NCBI GenBank assembly: GCA_029555385.1
Contig: JAKPSH010000207.1
Span: 7,092 to 71,091, forward strand
DNA: 64,000 nucleotides
Direction: 5' to 3'
Origin: Pseudomonadota bacterium
Lineage (GTDB): Bacteria > Bdellovibrionota_C > UBA2361 > SZUA-149
The translations under genes were made by a program, and so were the position numbers. Below the pieces are notes generated by a model, which was not told the DNA's origin, did no database searches, and saw only the letters and a program-made list of their open reading frames with translations. Below, piece after piece: positions 54,936 through 64,000 of this stretch (positions within the stretch are counted from its first letter, which is position 1; each line of letters begins with the position of its first letter).

Positions 54936-57362
54936 TTGGTTTCTTCAATCTTAAATCGTTATTCTAGTTTTACGTTCAGTTTGCTTTTTGTGCTCGCTTT
55001 TCTTGGGTTGATGACCGGCACAATGGAGTTCTCTTTTGCGGCGCTTCGTTTTAATTCAGCCCGGATTTCGATTGCTGCCTTTACAGGCTGCGCAATTCTT
55101 TGGCTTGTATTGAATGTATTGCCAGCCGCCGCCCGCCGGCTCGGACTGCCTAAAGACGTGCAAAAACGCGTAAACCCGGTAACGCTTCAGCCGGCGGTCT
55201 TCATCTTTGGCTTGGTGCTTATACTGCTGAGCGACTTTGCCGCCCGGCGTTTTGGTTACTTTTCCGATGCCGCTTCTCCGGCTCTCGTTATGTATCTCGG
55301 GAGCTTTGCCGTTATTTTGTTGTTGCTGCACCGCCGCTTAAATGAACAAACCCGCTGGACCGACGTGATCGCAACTTGGCCCGTTTTGCTGTTTTGCCAG
55401 GCCGCAGTAGCCGCCTCGTTTTTTCATTACGCAAACGGACGCATTCTCTTTAGCGACGATCATCCAAGCTTTATTTACAGGCTGCACCTTCTCGCCGAAC
55501 ACTTCCCATTTATTCCGCACTACAACACTGATTGGAACGCGGGCTACGGCACCACCGAGCTGTTTTCCACAGGTCCGCTCAACCTTTTTTTGGCTGCCGC
55601 GCCGATCCTTTACTTCATGCACGGTTTTGCAAGTTATGGCGCTGCTGCTTTTTACACTGAGATCATCGGCGTGCTGTTTATTGGTATTATCCCGCTCTGC
55701 GTTGTCAGCGCCGCACGGCTTTTCGGCCTGCACAATAAAGTGGCACTCACGGCGGCACTGCTCATTCTTGCACCCACGACCGGCCTGTTCGAGTGGCTGT
55801 TAAAGTATGGCACAGTGCCTTTTGCTTTGGCCGCCGGTCTTGCGCCTCTAACAGTTGCGTTGATATATCGTTTGGCGCTCGCGCCCCAGCGCCCCAGAGC
55901 AGCTCACGCTGTCGGTCTTTTTATCGCTGGCACGTTGTGCATGTTCTGGAGCTTAAGTGCCATCGTCTTCCTGCCCGCCGCAATAATTGCCTTCAGCAGC
56001 CCCAAGGTTACTTTTGCCGCGGACCGCCGGCGTCTGGTTGCTGCTTTTCTCGCACTCTTCATCCTCTGCAACGGGTTATGGTTTTGGCGGCTTGCGTCCG
56101 AGCTTGATGTGTTTTCTTTTGTCAAATCATCGTCGATGGTTGGCATGAACCAGCATAAGTCCAAAGAGGAGGCGAACGCGTTAAGCACAGCTAATACCGC
56201 AGCGACGGCTCTGGTTAAGAAGAAGCCGGGAAAGTCTCTCGTGCAGATCGCTCAAACCACAAAGAAAAAGTTTCTCCAGTCAGGGTCAAAATTCAATCCG
56301 CTTGTCCTGCTCTTTTTTATCCCCGGGATCGCGGTGGCCCCGCGCGGCACTGCGCGCAAGGTTCTTGCCACGACTACCTTTTGGCTGCTTTTTGTTGCCA
56401 TAATCGGCGATCAGTATAAGCCGCAGCTAGAGCTCAAGCGCATGGCGGTCAACGCCAGCTACTTTATGTCGATTTTTGCCGCTTGCGCGATTATTGAAGT
56501 CATCTCACGCCTGGAGAAGCTCTGTTCTGAACCAGCAGTTCCTTGGAATTTGCGGCGAATCGTGCCAGCCCTCGGCGCCGCCGTCGTTCTCGGATTTCTT
56601 TTCTTTACTCCGTTTACCGCAGCCGCGGCATACGGCAACAGATCTTGGGAGAAGTTCACATTCTCGCCGCCAATCGTCAAAGACCTTAGTGCTGCAATCA
56701 GAGAACATGGCGGCTCAGGGCGGACTTTTATTTTTGATTTTGTCCTCCACGAGCTGGGTTCGACCTCTTGGAATGCGCAGGACGGAGGTCATATCGCACC
56801 GCTCGCTTCACTTTCCGGAAAACCGCTGTATGCATCCGATTACTACCATCGAGTTTGGCGCTATACGGATCCTCTACCTCACGCATATCTGACCCGGATC
56901 AAGGAAGGCGGCGTCGAGGAGTTTCTCGACTTGATTAACGCAACGGCAGTTGTCACCTTTACCTATCACTGGGAGAATTACTGCCGGAGCCAGCCGCATT
57001 ACCGGGAAGTATTTAGTGAAGAGCGCTGGCGGCTATTCGTGCGCGAGCGGCCTGGCGCTTCGTATTTTCTGCGTGGTTCGGGCGAAGTGAGGTACGAGTC
57101 AGAGGGATTTTCCGTTAAACCGGCTGAAACGGAAGTCGTCGTTAAATTCCGATATTTTCCCAAGGTCAAGACAAGCAGTCCGCAAGAAGTGGAAATATAT
57201 CCGGTCCCGGCTTTCACCCAGCAGTTGGACGATTTAAAAACCGGCAAAGAAGTATCGTTTATCGGCCTGCGTGTCAAACCGGAATTTATCGCCCGGGGCA
57301 AGAAGATATACGTTGGTTATTTTCCTGCGCGCACTGAACGATTAGCAAAACAAAACGATTAG
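54936..57362 (+). CDS. Large polytopic membrane protein (GT-C-like / PTPS-related membrane protein family)
   Basis: More than ten TM segments; loop motif FSDDHPSF...HYNTDWNAGY; soluble C-terminal domain. Confidence 0.75.
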   Translation: MVSSILNRYSSFTFSLLFVLAFLGLMTGTMEFSFAALRFNSARISIAAFTGCAILWLVLNVLPAAARRLGLPKDVQKRVNPVTLQPAVFIFGLVLILLSDFAARRFGYFSDAASPALVMYLGSFAVILLLLHRRLNEQTRWTDVIATWPVLLFCQAAVAASFFHYANGRILFSDDHPSFIYRLHLLAEHFPFIPHYNTDWNAGYGTTELFSTGPLNLFLAAAPILYFMHGFASYGAAAFYTEIIGVLFIGIIPLCVVSAARLFGLHNKVALTAALLILAPTTGLFEWLLKYGTVPFALAAGLAPLTVALIYRLALAPQRPRAAHAVGLFIAGTLCMFWSLSAIVFLPAAIIAFSSPKVTFAADRRRLVAAFLALFILCNGLWFWRLASELDVFSFVKSSSMVGMNQHKSKEEANALSTANTAATALVKKKPGKSLVQIAQTTKKKFLQSGSKFNPLVLLFFIPGIAVAPRGTARKVLATTTFWLLFVAIIGDQYKPQLELKRMAVNASYFMSIFAACAIIEVISRLEKLCSEPAVPWNLRRIVPALGAAVVLGFLFFTPFTAAAAYGNRSWEKFTFSPPIVKDLSAAIREHGGSGRTFIFDFVLHELGSTSWNAQDGGHIAPLASLSGKPLYASDYYHRVWRYTDPLPHAYLTRIKEGGVEEFLDLINATAVVTFTYHWENYCRSQPHYREVFSEERWRLFVRERPGASYFLRGSGEVRYESEGFSVKPAETEVVVKFRYFPKVKTSSPQEVEIYPVPAFTQQLDDLKTGKEVSFIGLRVKPEFIARGKKIYVGYFPARTERLAKQND

Positions 57363-57368
57363 CGGCGA

Positions 57369-58076
57369 ATGAACGACTTTTATGATGTCATAGTATTCAG
57401 CGCTCATCCCGATGACGCAGAATTTGTGATGTGCGGCACTATGGTCAAACTGGTGCGCAGCGGTTTCCGCCTCCTTCATGTTTCCTTGACAAAAGCGCAG
57501 ATGAGCACAAACGGAGATGTTGAAACTAGAATGGCGCAGTTCGCCAAGGCTTCGGCGATAATCGGCTGCGCGCACATCGCTCTTGACTTGCTAGACACCG
57601 ATGTACAGAACACGCGTGAGAACCGGCTGCTTGCCGCCCGCTTAATTCGTCAGCATAAGCCGCAAGTAGTTTTTGCGCCGTATCACACCAACCCAGCCGG
57701 AGAACTCGGTGGGATTGCCAACGTCGACCATTACACTACTGGCGCCCTTGTGCGCGATGCCGTAAAAATGGCGCGCCTGCAAAAAACTGATCCCGCATTA
57801 CCACCGCATCAAATCCGCAAGCTTTACTTTTACATGCTGCCGGCCAATGTCCGTCCTAATTTAGTTGTCGATGTCAGCAATGAAATGGAACAAGTAATTG
57901 AAACCATTATGACGTACGAGAATCAAGTGCTGCACACGCACTTCAACCTGAGTGTCAAAGATCGCATCCTCGCCCGGCATGCCGCCATGGGCCTGGAAAT
58001 TGGCGTGCGCTATGCGGAAGGCTTTGTTACCGATATGGCGCTTTCGTTAGAACCGCGGCACTTCTTCGAACTTTAG
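57369..58076 (+). CDS. PIG-L/LmbE family deacetylase (BshB1-like)
   Basis: AHPDDAE, LIRQHKPQVVFAPY, DH, VVDVS, GVRYAEGF. Confidence 0.9.
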   Translation: MNDFYDVIVFSAHPDDAEFVMCGTMVKLVRSGFRLLHVSLTKAQMSTNGDVETRMAQFAKASAIIGCAHIALDLLDTDVQNTRENRLLAARLIRQHKPQVVFAPYHTNPAGELGGIANVDHYTTGALVRDAVKMARLQKTDPALPPHQIRKLYFYMLPANVRPNLVVDVSNEMEQVIETIMTYENQVLHTHFNLSVKDRILARHAAMGLEIGVRYAEGFVTDMALSLEPRHFFEL

Positions 58077-58118
58077 AGCGTATTAACTTCCAGCTACACT
58101 GGAAGTTAATACGCTCTA
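58074..58118. repeat. Perfect 20-bp palindrome, collapsed MITE-like element (family C)
   Basis: TAGAGCGTATTAACTTCCAG-CTACA-CTGGAAGTTAATACGCTCTA; starts at the TAG stop of the deacetylase, with TAG repeated at 58117-58119. Confidence 0.75.
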
Positions 58119-58127
58119 GAACCCTGG

Positions 58128-58316
58128 CGGTGCCGAGAACGACGCTGCTGGGCGCTGAAGGCGCGCCGCCGTCCGCTTACAGAACTCGGATTGCAGGAAT
58201 CCGAGAAACTTCACCACCTAAGCCGCATGGCAATCCGATTTCCTTCAGCGGACCCGCCCCCACCCCGGCGCATAAGGTGAAACCTTCAGCACCCAGCAGC
58301 GTCATTCTCGGCACCG
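58128..58316. repeat. Palindromic repeat family D, copy 1
   Basis: 34-bp inverted arms 58128-58161 / 58283-58316 with 2 mismatches; homologous to copy 2 in opposite orientation. Confidence 0.8.
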
Positions 58317-58489
58317 GAGTCGAACCGGAGCAAGTACGCTGCGGACTCTGTCGGTTGTCTTTTAGATTTCTGAATAACTGGATGGTCCGCGCTGCTTTAG
58401 GTGCGGGGAGAAAGTACTTGGAATGCTTCCCCGCAGGCTGTTATCTTACATTAAAGAATCAAGGTTAGCGGAGCTGCAGAGTATGTCGT

Positions 58490-58737
58490 GGCTTCGCCCA
58501 GAGCGATGCTGCCGGGTGCTGAAGGCATGCCCTTTTTGCGCCAGGGAGGCAGTGGGGCGGGCCGGCTGGTGGAAATGCGCTTGCCTGGCCACAGACTGTT
58601 CAGCCCGGCAGTGTCCGCTGCAAGCGCAGTTCTGCAAGCCGGCGGCGGCGCGCCTTCAGCACCCGGCAGCATCGCTCTGGGCGAAGCCTCTGGACTGCCG
58701 CCAAGACAACATTATTACTCGCTTATTTCAAGTCTAG
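58490..58737. repeat. Palindromic repeat family D, copy 2
   Basis: Perfect 37-bp inverted arms 58490-58526 / 58652-58688; homology with 14441-14530 extends toward the CTAG at 58734-58737. Confidence 0.8.
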
Positions 58738-59348
58738 TATGCGGAAATAATCCGCAAAAATTGCTGATCGCCCAGCGCTTGGCTCAGCGCTTCAGCCATG
58801 CTGCCGCTCAACGCACTGCGCACATCCTTTTCTTCCAATCCCGGCTTCTCGATCGATGAAAACCCTCGATAGATGCCGGAATATACCCGTTTGTTGGTAG
58901 GATCAATTACTTCCAAATAGACCGCAGCGTCGGCAGTAGCTTTAGCGGTAAAACCTCCTTCGATCCGAGCGTGCCAGATGCGAATTTCTCCTGATAAAAT
59001 CACCGGAGCTGTTTCGGTGTATTTGAAGCCCTTGCGCTCCAGTCCTTGACGAAGCGCCTGCAGTACCGCATCGGTCACGCTTCCCTCGGGGTTAATATCC
59101 CGGCCTTTATATCCGGCAATCGCTTCTTTAGTGCGCGCATCAGCGACTTGATCGATAAAGATCGTCATTCCATACTCAGGACGCCTCACGATCGCGCCTT
59201 GTTTAATCTTCACTTCAACGCGCGGTACTTGAATCGTTGAACGAAAAGTTGGCGAACACGAAACGCAAAGAAGCACTAACCAGCACAATAAGCTTAAGCG
59301 CAAAGCAGCACTATCATTTCCCCGCCGTCTAATTCTCATGATCGCCAC
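58734..59348 (-). CDS. YajG-like lipoprotein
   Basis: Lipobox LCVSC; IDQVADAR...VLQALRQGLERKGF...LSGEI pattern. Confidence 0.75.
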   Translation of the reverse strand: MAIMRIRRRGNDSAALRLSLLCWLVLLCVSCSPTFRSTIQVPRVEVKIKQGAIVRRPEYGMTIFIDQVADARTKEAIAGYKGRDINPEGSVTDAVLQALRQGLERKGFKYTETAPVILSGEIRIWHARIEGGFTAKATADAAVYLEVIDPTNKRVYSGIYRGFSSIEKPGLEEKDVRSALSGSMAEALSQALGDQQFLRIISAY

Positions 59349-59522
59349 CCTTATTGTCCTGGTTCAGGCATTTCACTCAAATACAAAGTCTTTTATACCT
59401 TCTCTACCACGGCTCAGACAAGTGAGCAGCGCGCTTTGAATTAATGCATGACCGTTTTTTTTTCGCATGATATATGCAGCCATGACCGCAGTAGGGCAAA
59501 CCTAGGATGAAGGGATTCTTTA

Positions 59523-60266
59523 ATGGGCCGCAATTCGATGATGTTTTGCTTAGCTGCCGCATTGATGATCGGCATTTCAGCCAGTGCGTGTCAGCTTGCC
59601 CGGATGAGCGTTCCTCCGGCGTTGACCTCAGATACAGTGAGCTGGCCTGTCCGCGGACGAGGCGGCTTCGATTTCTATGAGTCTTTTTCCTTTGGACCCT
59701 ATACCGTGGATCAAGTACACCGCGGGTGGACCACCAAGTTTGCGTGGGGAGCTTTTCATTACAGCAGCACCTCCGCCGAGCAGGATTATGAATTTGCATT
59801 GCTGAAAAACGGCTCCCTGCGTTATACCGCTCAGTGCCTCAGCGCGGCAAAGTGGAACCAACTTGAGTTTCGCAGGTTTCTCGGATTGCCAGGCACGCTG
59901 AGCTGGGATCTCGACTCAAACGAATCTCTTGCCTGCCTCTTGCAGCCGGCAGACGGTCAGCGCCAACTGAAACTTGGCGTACAGCAGAAGACGCAGGAGC
60001 TCGTTTTTCGCGGCTTCATCACTTCCGGCGACGGACAACCAATTAGCGTTGAAGGCAGCAACGCGCTTGCGGGTTCTTCGTTCGGCCTCAATGCAGCCAG
60101 CGGCTACGTTTTTTATTGCGGTCAGAAGGAAATTGCAGCCGTGGAGATTATCAATGACGGCAGGTTTTGGATAAAAGACGGACAACCCGAAGAAATTGAA
60201 GAAGCCGCAGCGGCTGGATCTGCAGCTCTTCTGCTATACCGGAAAATCAAAGATTCGGGCGAATAA
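59523..60266 (+). CDS. Hypothetical lipoprotein
   Basis: Lipobox SASAC; beta-rich body; C-terminal AAAGSAALLL helix. Confidence 0.8.
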   Translation: MGRNSMMFCLAAALMIGISASACQLARMSVPPALTSDTVSWPVRGRGGFDFYESFSFGPYTVDQVHRGWTTKFAWGAFHYSSTSAEQDYEFALLKNGSLRYTAQCLSAAKWNQLEFRRFLGLPGTLSWDLDSNESLACLLQPADGQRQLKLGVQQKTQELVFRGFITSGDGQPISVEGSNALAGSSFGLNAASGYVFYCGQKEIAAVEIINDGRFWIKDGQPEEIEEAAAAGSAALLLYRKIKDSGE

Positions 60267-60269
60267 GCA

Positions 60270-60674
60270 CTATTTTGCTTTGAGCAGGTCGCGAATCTCT
60301 CCCAGCAGCAAAACTTCATCGCTCGGCGCCGGCGGCGCCGCCGGCTGCGACTTCTCTTCGGCCCGTTTGAGCGTATTGATTGCCTTAATCAGCATAAAGA
60401 TGGCAAACGCCACAATCGTGAAATCTACTACAGTCTGAATAAACATGCCGTAATTCAGCGTTACCGCGGCTGCACCTTCTTGTGCTTGCTTAAGGGTAAT
60501 GCTCAAATCGCGAAAATCAACTCCCCCAAGCAAGAGACCAATTGGCGGCATCACCACATCGGCGACTAACGATGAGACGATTTTGCCGAAGGCGCCACCG
60601 ATAATAATGCCGACGGCCATATCAACGACATTGCCCTTAACCGCAAATTCCTTGAATTCCTTGAGCCAGTTCAT
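60270..60674 (-). CDS. mscL: Large-conductance mechanosensitive channel
   Basis: [42 protein letters not shown]...NYGMFI...[17 protein letters not shown]. Confidence 0.98.
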   Translation of the reverse strand: MNWLKEFKEFAVKGNVVDMAVGIIIGGAFGKIVSSLVADVVMPPIGLLLGGVDFRDLSITLKQAQEGAAAVTLNYGMFIQTVVDFTIVAFAIFMLIKAINTLKRAEEKSQPAAPPAPSDEVLLLGEIRDLLKAK

Positions 60675-60813
60675 GATTATTCTTCCTCCGTAGCTGTAAG
60701 ATTCAGTCTTTCAAAACTACTGCCCAATGCTCAGATAAAATTTATAGAACTACAGTTTTCCGCCACTGACAATTTCCCGTCGGCAGACTGCGGCTATCGT
60801 TCTGCGGAGAAAC

Positions 60814-61602
60814 TTACAAGCTCGCGGTTTTCCCGCCATCTACCGGCATATTAATGCCAGTAATATAACTGGCCGCTGACGATGCAAGAAAACATACGGC
60901 ATACGCGACCTCCTCCGGGCGTGCAAATCGTCCGAGCGGCACACTGGCTGCCATTTCCGCGGCAACCACGTTCTCTTGCTTCCCCATTTCGCGGGCACGC
61001 AGTGCAATCAACGACCTTAAGCGGTCAGTATCCGTGAAACCCGGCAAAACATTGTTTACGGTAATTTGATACCCAGCCAACTCGCGAGAAAGCGTCTTGG
61101 CCCAGGCGGCAACGGCCGCACGAATCGTATTGGAAACACCAAGCCCGGGAATCGGCTCTTTCACTGAAAGGGAAATGATGTTGATTACTCTGCCGTATCC
61201 CTCCCGTTTCATCCCCGGCACCAATGCCTGAACAAGAATTTGGCCGCACACCAAGTGATTAGAAAAAGCCTGGAGGTATTCGCTCTCAACCGCATCAATT
61301 GCTGCGCCGGGCGGCGGCCCGCCAGTATTATTCACAAGAATATGAAAGGGGCCATTCTGCTCCAAAACCGGATAAACTCTTTTTTTCAGCTCATCGGGGC
61401 TGGCGAAATCAACTGCAGCAACTGCGTGCTGCTGCCCCGCATTCACCGGCAAGCTTTCCCGGACCTTATGCAACAAATCCACATCGCGGGCCATAAGAGT
61501 CACGGCGCATCCAAGCTTTGCCAGTTCTTGCGCAGCAGCACGGCCGATACCACGGGACGCGCCGCAAACAAGAGCTCTCTTGCCATTAAGACTAATTTCC
61601 AT
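60814..61602 (-). CDS. SDR family oxidoreductase (BKR-like subfamily)
   Basis: CGASRGIG, LVNNTGGPPPG, SNTIR in place of YxxxK, NNVLPG, YITG...VDGG. Confidence 0.92.
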   Translation of the reverse strand: MEISLNGKRALVCGASRGIGRAAAQELAKLGCAVTLMARDVDLLHKVRESLPVNAGQQHAVAAVDFASPDELKKRVYPVLEQNGPFHILVNNTGGPPPGAAIDAVESEYLQAFSNHLVCGQILVQALVPGMKREGYGRVINIISLSVKEPIPGLGVSNTIRAAVAAWAKTLSRELAGYQITVNNVLPGFTDTDRLRSLIALRAREMGKQENVVAAEMAASVPLGRFARPEEVAYAVCFLASSAASYITGINMPVDGGKTASL

Positions 61603-61755
61603 TCTTGCTTCTCACCACCAACTATTGCCAAGTTTGACGCTAATTTAATCCCAACTTCCGCCCCGTCGGCAAGACCACCTTGCCGCAGCACCGCAAACAC
61701 AGGTAATGTGCCAGATGACCAGGGCGTTTTACGCGCCAAGCAGGAGCACTAAGCA

Positions 61756-63117
61756 ATGCCGCCTCGCACGCATCAGCCTGAACCAGCTCTCTCGTTATTC
61801 AGCAGCATCTGCGTCATCGCCGGCATTATCATCGGCGTGGGAATTTACGAAGCCACCCCGGACATTGCCGCAAGCATGTCTTCATCTGCGGCGCTGCTTG
61901 GCGTTTGGTGCATCGCCGGCATTATTTCGCTTTGCGGAGCACTATGTTACGCGGAGCTTTCTTCAACTTACCCGGAAGAAGGGGGGGATTTTGTTTACCT
62001 CTCCCGCGCCTTCGGCCCGGCCTTGGGGTTTTTATTCGGCTGGGCAAATTTCCTTATAATCCGTCCCGGTTCCATCGCCGCAATGACATTTCCCTTCGCG
62101 AACTATTTCGCTGTCCTCTGCGACCCACTGGCCCGCGGAAGTCTGGCAAATATACGGATAACAGTCTACGCGGTGCTCGCAGTGATTGTGCTTTCTCTGC
62201 TCAATATTATTGGGGTGCGTTTTGGCGCCTGGACCCAGAATGCGCTGACAATAGTCAAGGTCACCGGCTTACTTGCCCTCGCTGCGCTTGCCTTTCTTGC
62301 GCCAGGCGCCGCAGACGCCCTGGCTTCATCAACCCCGGCTTCCGGGTTCAACCCCGGTCTCGCGCTCATCCTAGCTTTGTTCTGTCTTGGCGGCTGGCAG
62401 GAGATTTGCTACGCAGCGGCGGAAGTCCGTGAGCCAAAAAGAAACCTGCCGCGGGTACTGGTGCTTGGCACGTTTTGTGTGACAGTGCTTTATTTACTTA
62501 TTTCCGCCGCGTTTATTCACGCGCTGGGATACACCGCTGTCTCTGCATCAAAAGCCGTGGCCGCGGATACGCTGCATGCTCTTTACGGCGCCGGTGCAGC
62601 CAAGTTGGCAAGTTTATTAATTGCCGTCTCGGCCCTTGCGGCAGTTAACGGCATGATTTTCGCAGGCGCACGCATTTTCTACGCAGCCGGTCAGCAGCAC
62701 CGCGCCGCCGGATATCTTGCCGAATGGAGTCCCCGCTTCAATACCCCGGCCCGTTCTCTCGCCGTCCAAGGCCTGCTAAGCACTGCCGTGATTGTTTTTG
62801 CCGGCTCGTTCCGGCAGACTTTGATTTACACTACCACTGTTGTCTGGTTGTTTTTTTTATTGACCGGACTGTCGGTGGCCGCGCTGCGGCGTAAAGACCC
62901 TCAGACTCCCCGGCCTTACCGCGTAAGTCTCTATCCGGTTCCCATAGTGGTGTTTTGTGCAGCGTGCATCTACGTTGCTTGGAGCGCTGCCGCGTATGAC
63001 CCGCGCGGCACCCTTGTTTCACTTGCTTTGCTGGTTCTCGGACTGCCAGTTTATTGGTTATCCGCCAAGAGCCCCTCAGAAAGCGGCGGAGCAGAAGAGT
63101 CACGAAACAGCCCATAG
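61756..63117 (+). CDS. APC superfamily amino acid permease
   Basis: GIIIGVGIY, GALCYAELSSTYPEEGGDFVYLSRAFG, EVREPKRNLPR, LRRKDPQTPRPYRV. Confidence 0.93.
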   Translation: MPPRTHQPEPALSLFSSICVIAGIIIGVGIYEATPDIAASMSSSAALLGVWCIAGIISLCGALCYAELSSTYPEEGGDFVYLSRAFGPALGFLFGWANFLIIRPGSIAAMTFPFANYFAVLCDPLARGSLANIRITVYAVLAVIVLSLLNIIGVRFGAWTQNALTIVKVTGLLALAALAFLAPGAADALASSTPASGFNPGLALILALFCLGGWQEICYAAAEVREPKRNLPRVLVLGTFCVTVLYLLISAAFIHALGYTAVSASKAVAADTLHALYGAGAAKLASLLIAVSALAAVNGMIFAGARIFYAAGQQHRAAGYLAEWSPRFNTPARSLAVQGLLSTAVIVFAGSFRQTLIYTTTVVWLFFLLTGLSVAALRRKDPQTPRPYRVSLYPVPIVVFCAACIYVAWSAAAYDPRGTLVSLALLVLGLPVYWLSAKSPSESGGAEESRNSP

Positions 63118-63188
63118 ATCAATTTTCGCCCCGCGGCACAGCTTCCGGACATCGGCACTACGGCAGAGCTGCGCCAAACTTTAAATAT

Positions 63189-63219
63189 TTGACACAACCT
63201 GATTACTTTGTGTTAACTT
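63189..63219 (+). promoter_or_regulatory. Putative promoter with overlapping inverted repeat (possible operator)
   Basis: TTGACA at 63189-63194; ACACAA-N10-TTGTGT dyad; extended -10-like TGnTAACTT, but the 19-nt spacing is suboptimal. Confidence 0.4.
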
Positions 63220-63278
63220 ACGCCGGTATTGGGCGCTCTCATGGGCCAAAATTAGATAAAAAGGATCTGGGCGAAGCG

Positions 63279-64000
63279 ATGCGGCTAACAGAAAAGGAAG
63301 CGCTTATTCTCTACTCGGCCCAGCTTCGCGCCAATGCTCCCGTCTCGAGCCTGCGAAAGACAACTGGTTATCGCGAACATACTATCCGCTACGCTATCAA
63401 CACTGCACAACGCAGCGGGTTGATTCGCGCCGGCTGTTTTGTCAATCTTTGTCTGCTGGGATTTACTCACTACGAAGTTTATTTCTCACTTTCCTCCGAG
63501 CGCAATTTCTCGCGTGAGCACCTGCTCAAGGCCCTGATCGCTTCGGAAAAAGTATCCTGGGTCGGAGATCTTGGCGGCGAATACCATTATGGCCTCAACC
63601 TTTGCGTCCGTAATGTTCAGGAAGTCAGCGACTTTCTCGAACAGTTGTCATCCTCTCTTGGCTTGTGCTACCTCGAGAAAGCTTTCGCCGCACGTCTGGC
63701 TTTGAGCTTTTTCGGCAACAAATACCTTGCGCCGCGTAAATTGACTCCGGGCAAGTTGTCTTACAGCACAACGTATGAAAGAATCCAGATTGATGAGACC
63801 GATCATCGCATCATGCGCGAGATAGTGCGCGCCGGGGAAAAATCCCGCCGGGACATTGCCCGCAGTATCGCGCTTCCCTTTTCGACCGTAGAAAACAGAA
63901 TAAAGAAGCTCGAGCAACAAAAAGTCATTGTGGGCTACTACTATCAGCTAAACAGCGCGATGATTGGCATTCAGTCTTTCATGCTCCTTTTGAGCGTTAA
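63279..64000 (+). CDS. Second tandem double-domain Lrp/AsnC regulator (truncated by window edge; absent from ORF track)
   Basis: MRLTEKEALILYSAQLRANAPVSSLRKTTGYREHTIRYAI...WVGDLGGEY...IDETDHRIMREI...STVENRIKKLEQQKVIVGY; open to base 64000. Confidence 0.88.
   Translation, partial: MRLTEKEALILYSAQLRANAPVSSLRKTTGYREHTIRYAINTAQRSGLIRAGCFVNLCLLGFTHYEVYFSLSSERNFSREHLLKALIASEKVSWVGDLGGEYHYGLNLCVRNVQEVSDFLEQLSSSLGLCYLEKAFAARLALSFFGNKYLAPRKLTPGKLSYSTTYERIQIDETDHRIMREIVRAGEKSRRDIARSIALPFSTVENRIKKLEQQKVIVGYYYQLNSAMIGIQSFMLLLSV

Noticed and set aside
58130..58859. Short ORFs containing MLPGAEG / LLGAEGAPP
   Set aside because: Translations of the family D palindromic repeats on both strands, not genes.
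59493..59502. AGGGCAAACC, like the start of a c-di-GMP-I riboswitch
   Set aside because: No GAAA tetraloop stem, GACGCAAA or second hairpin; too close to the start codon.
1..64000. CRISPR array, rRNA, transposase, retron or defence genes
   Set aside because: No regularly spaced direct repeats and no cas, reverse transcriptase, transposase or rRNA signatures seen by eye.

Overview
Chromosomal window from a moderately GC-rich Gram-negative bacterium. A Bdellovibrionota/deltaproteobacterial-type lineage is my inference from gene style and is not established. Housekeeping and metabolic genes include nadK-recN-M23 peptidase-tRNA-Ala(CGC), ppdK, rlmC, gnd, glgX, mscL, a DJ-1 protein, a CBS protein, an SDR and an APC permease. 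Accessory features are an ECF sigma/anti-sigma triad, an orphan TadG/TadE/TadE pseudopilin cassette, a ~10.6 kb glycolipid/surface-glycan island (FAD oxidoreductase, HprK-like kinase, acyltransferase, degenerate nucleotidyltransferase, MGDG-synthase-like GT, two GT2s, radical SAM/SPASM, GT-C), a pseudo-receiver/STAS/pseudo-receiver/hybrid-kinase module and two tandem-domain Lrp/AsnC regulators. Signals missed by the ORF track: four families of palindromic MITE-like elements at YTAR sites and gene ends (two are stacked in one CTAA site, and removing them restores translational coupling to nadK); a 29-codon internally deleted bacterioferritin remnant; a 52-aa histone-like protein with a CCxxC motif; and several solitary genes with long, heavily structured leaders, including a ~430-nt closed multi-helix RNA candidate upstream of an apparently NAD-type long-chain gnd. 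No CRISPR array, rRNA, integrase or transposase was seen. All product calls come from motif recognition by eye, not from database searches.
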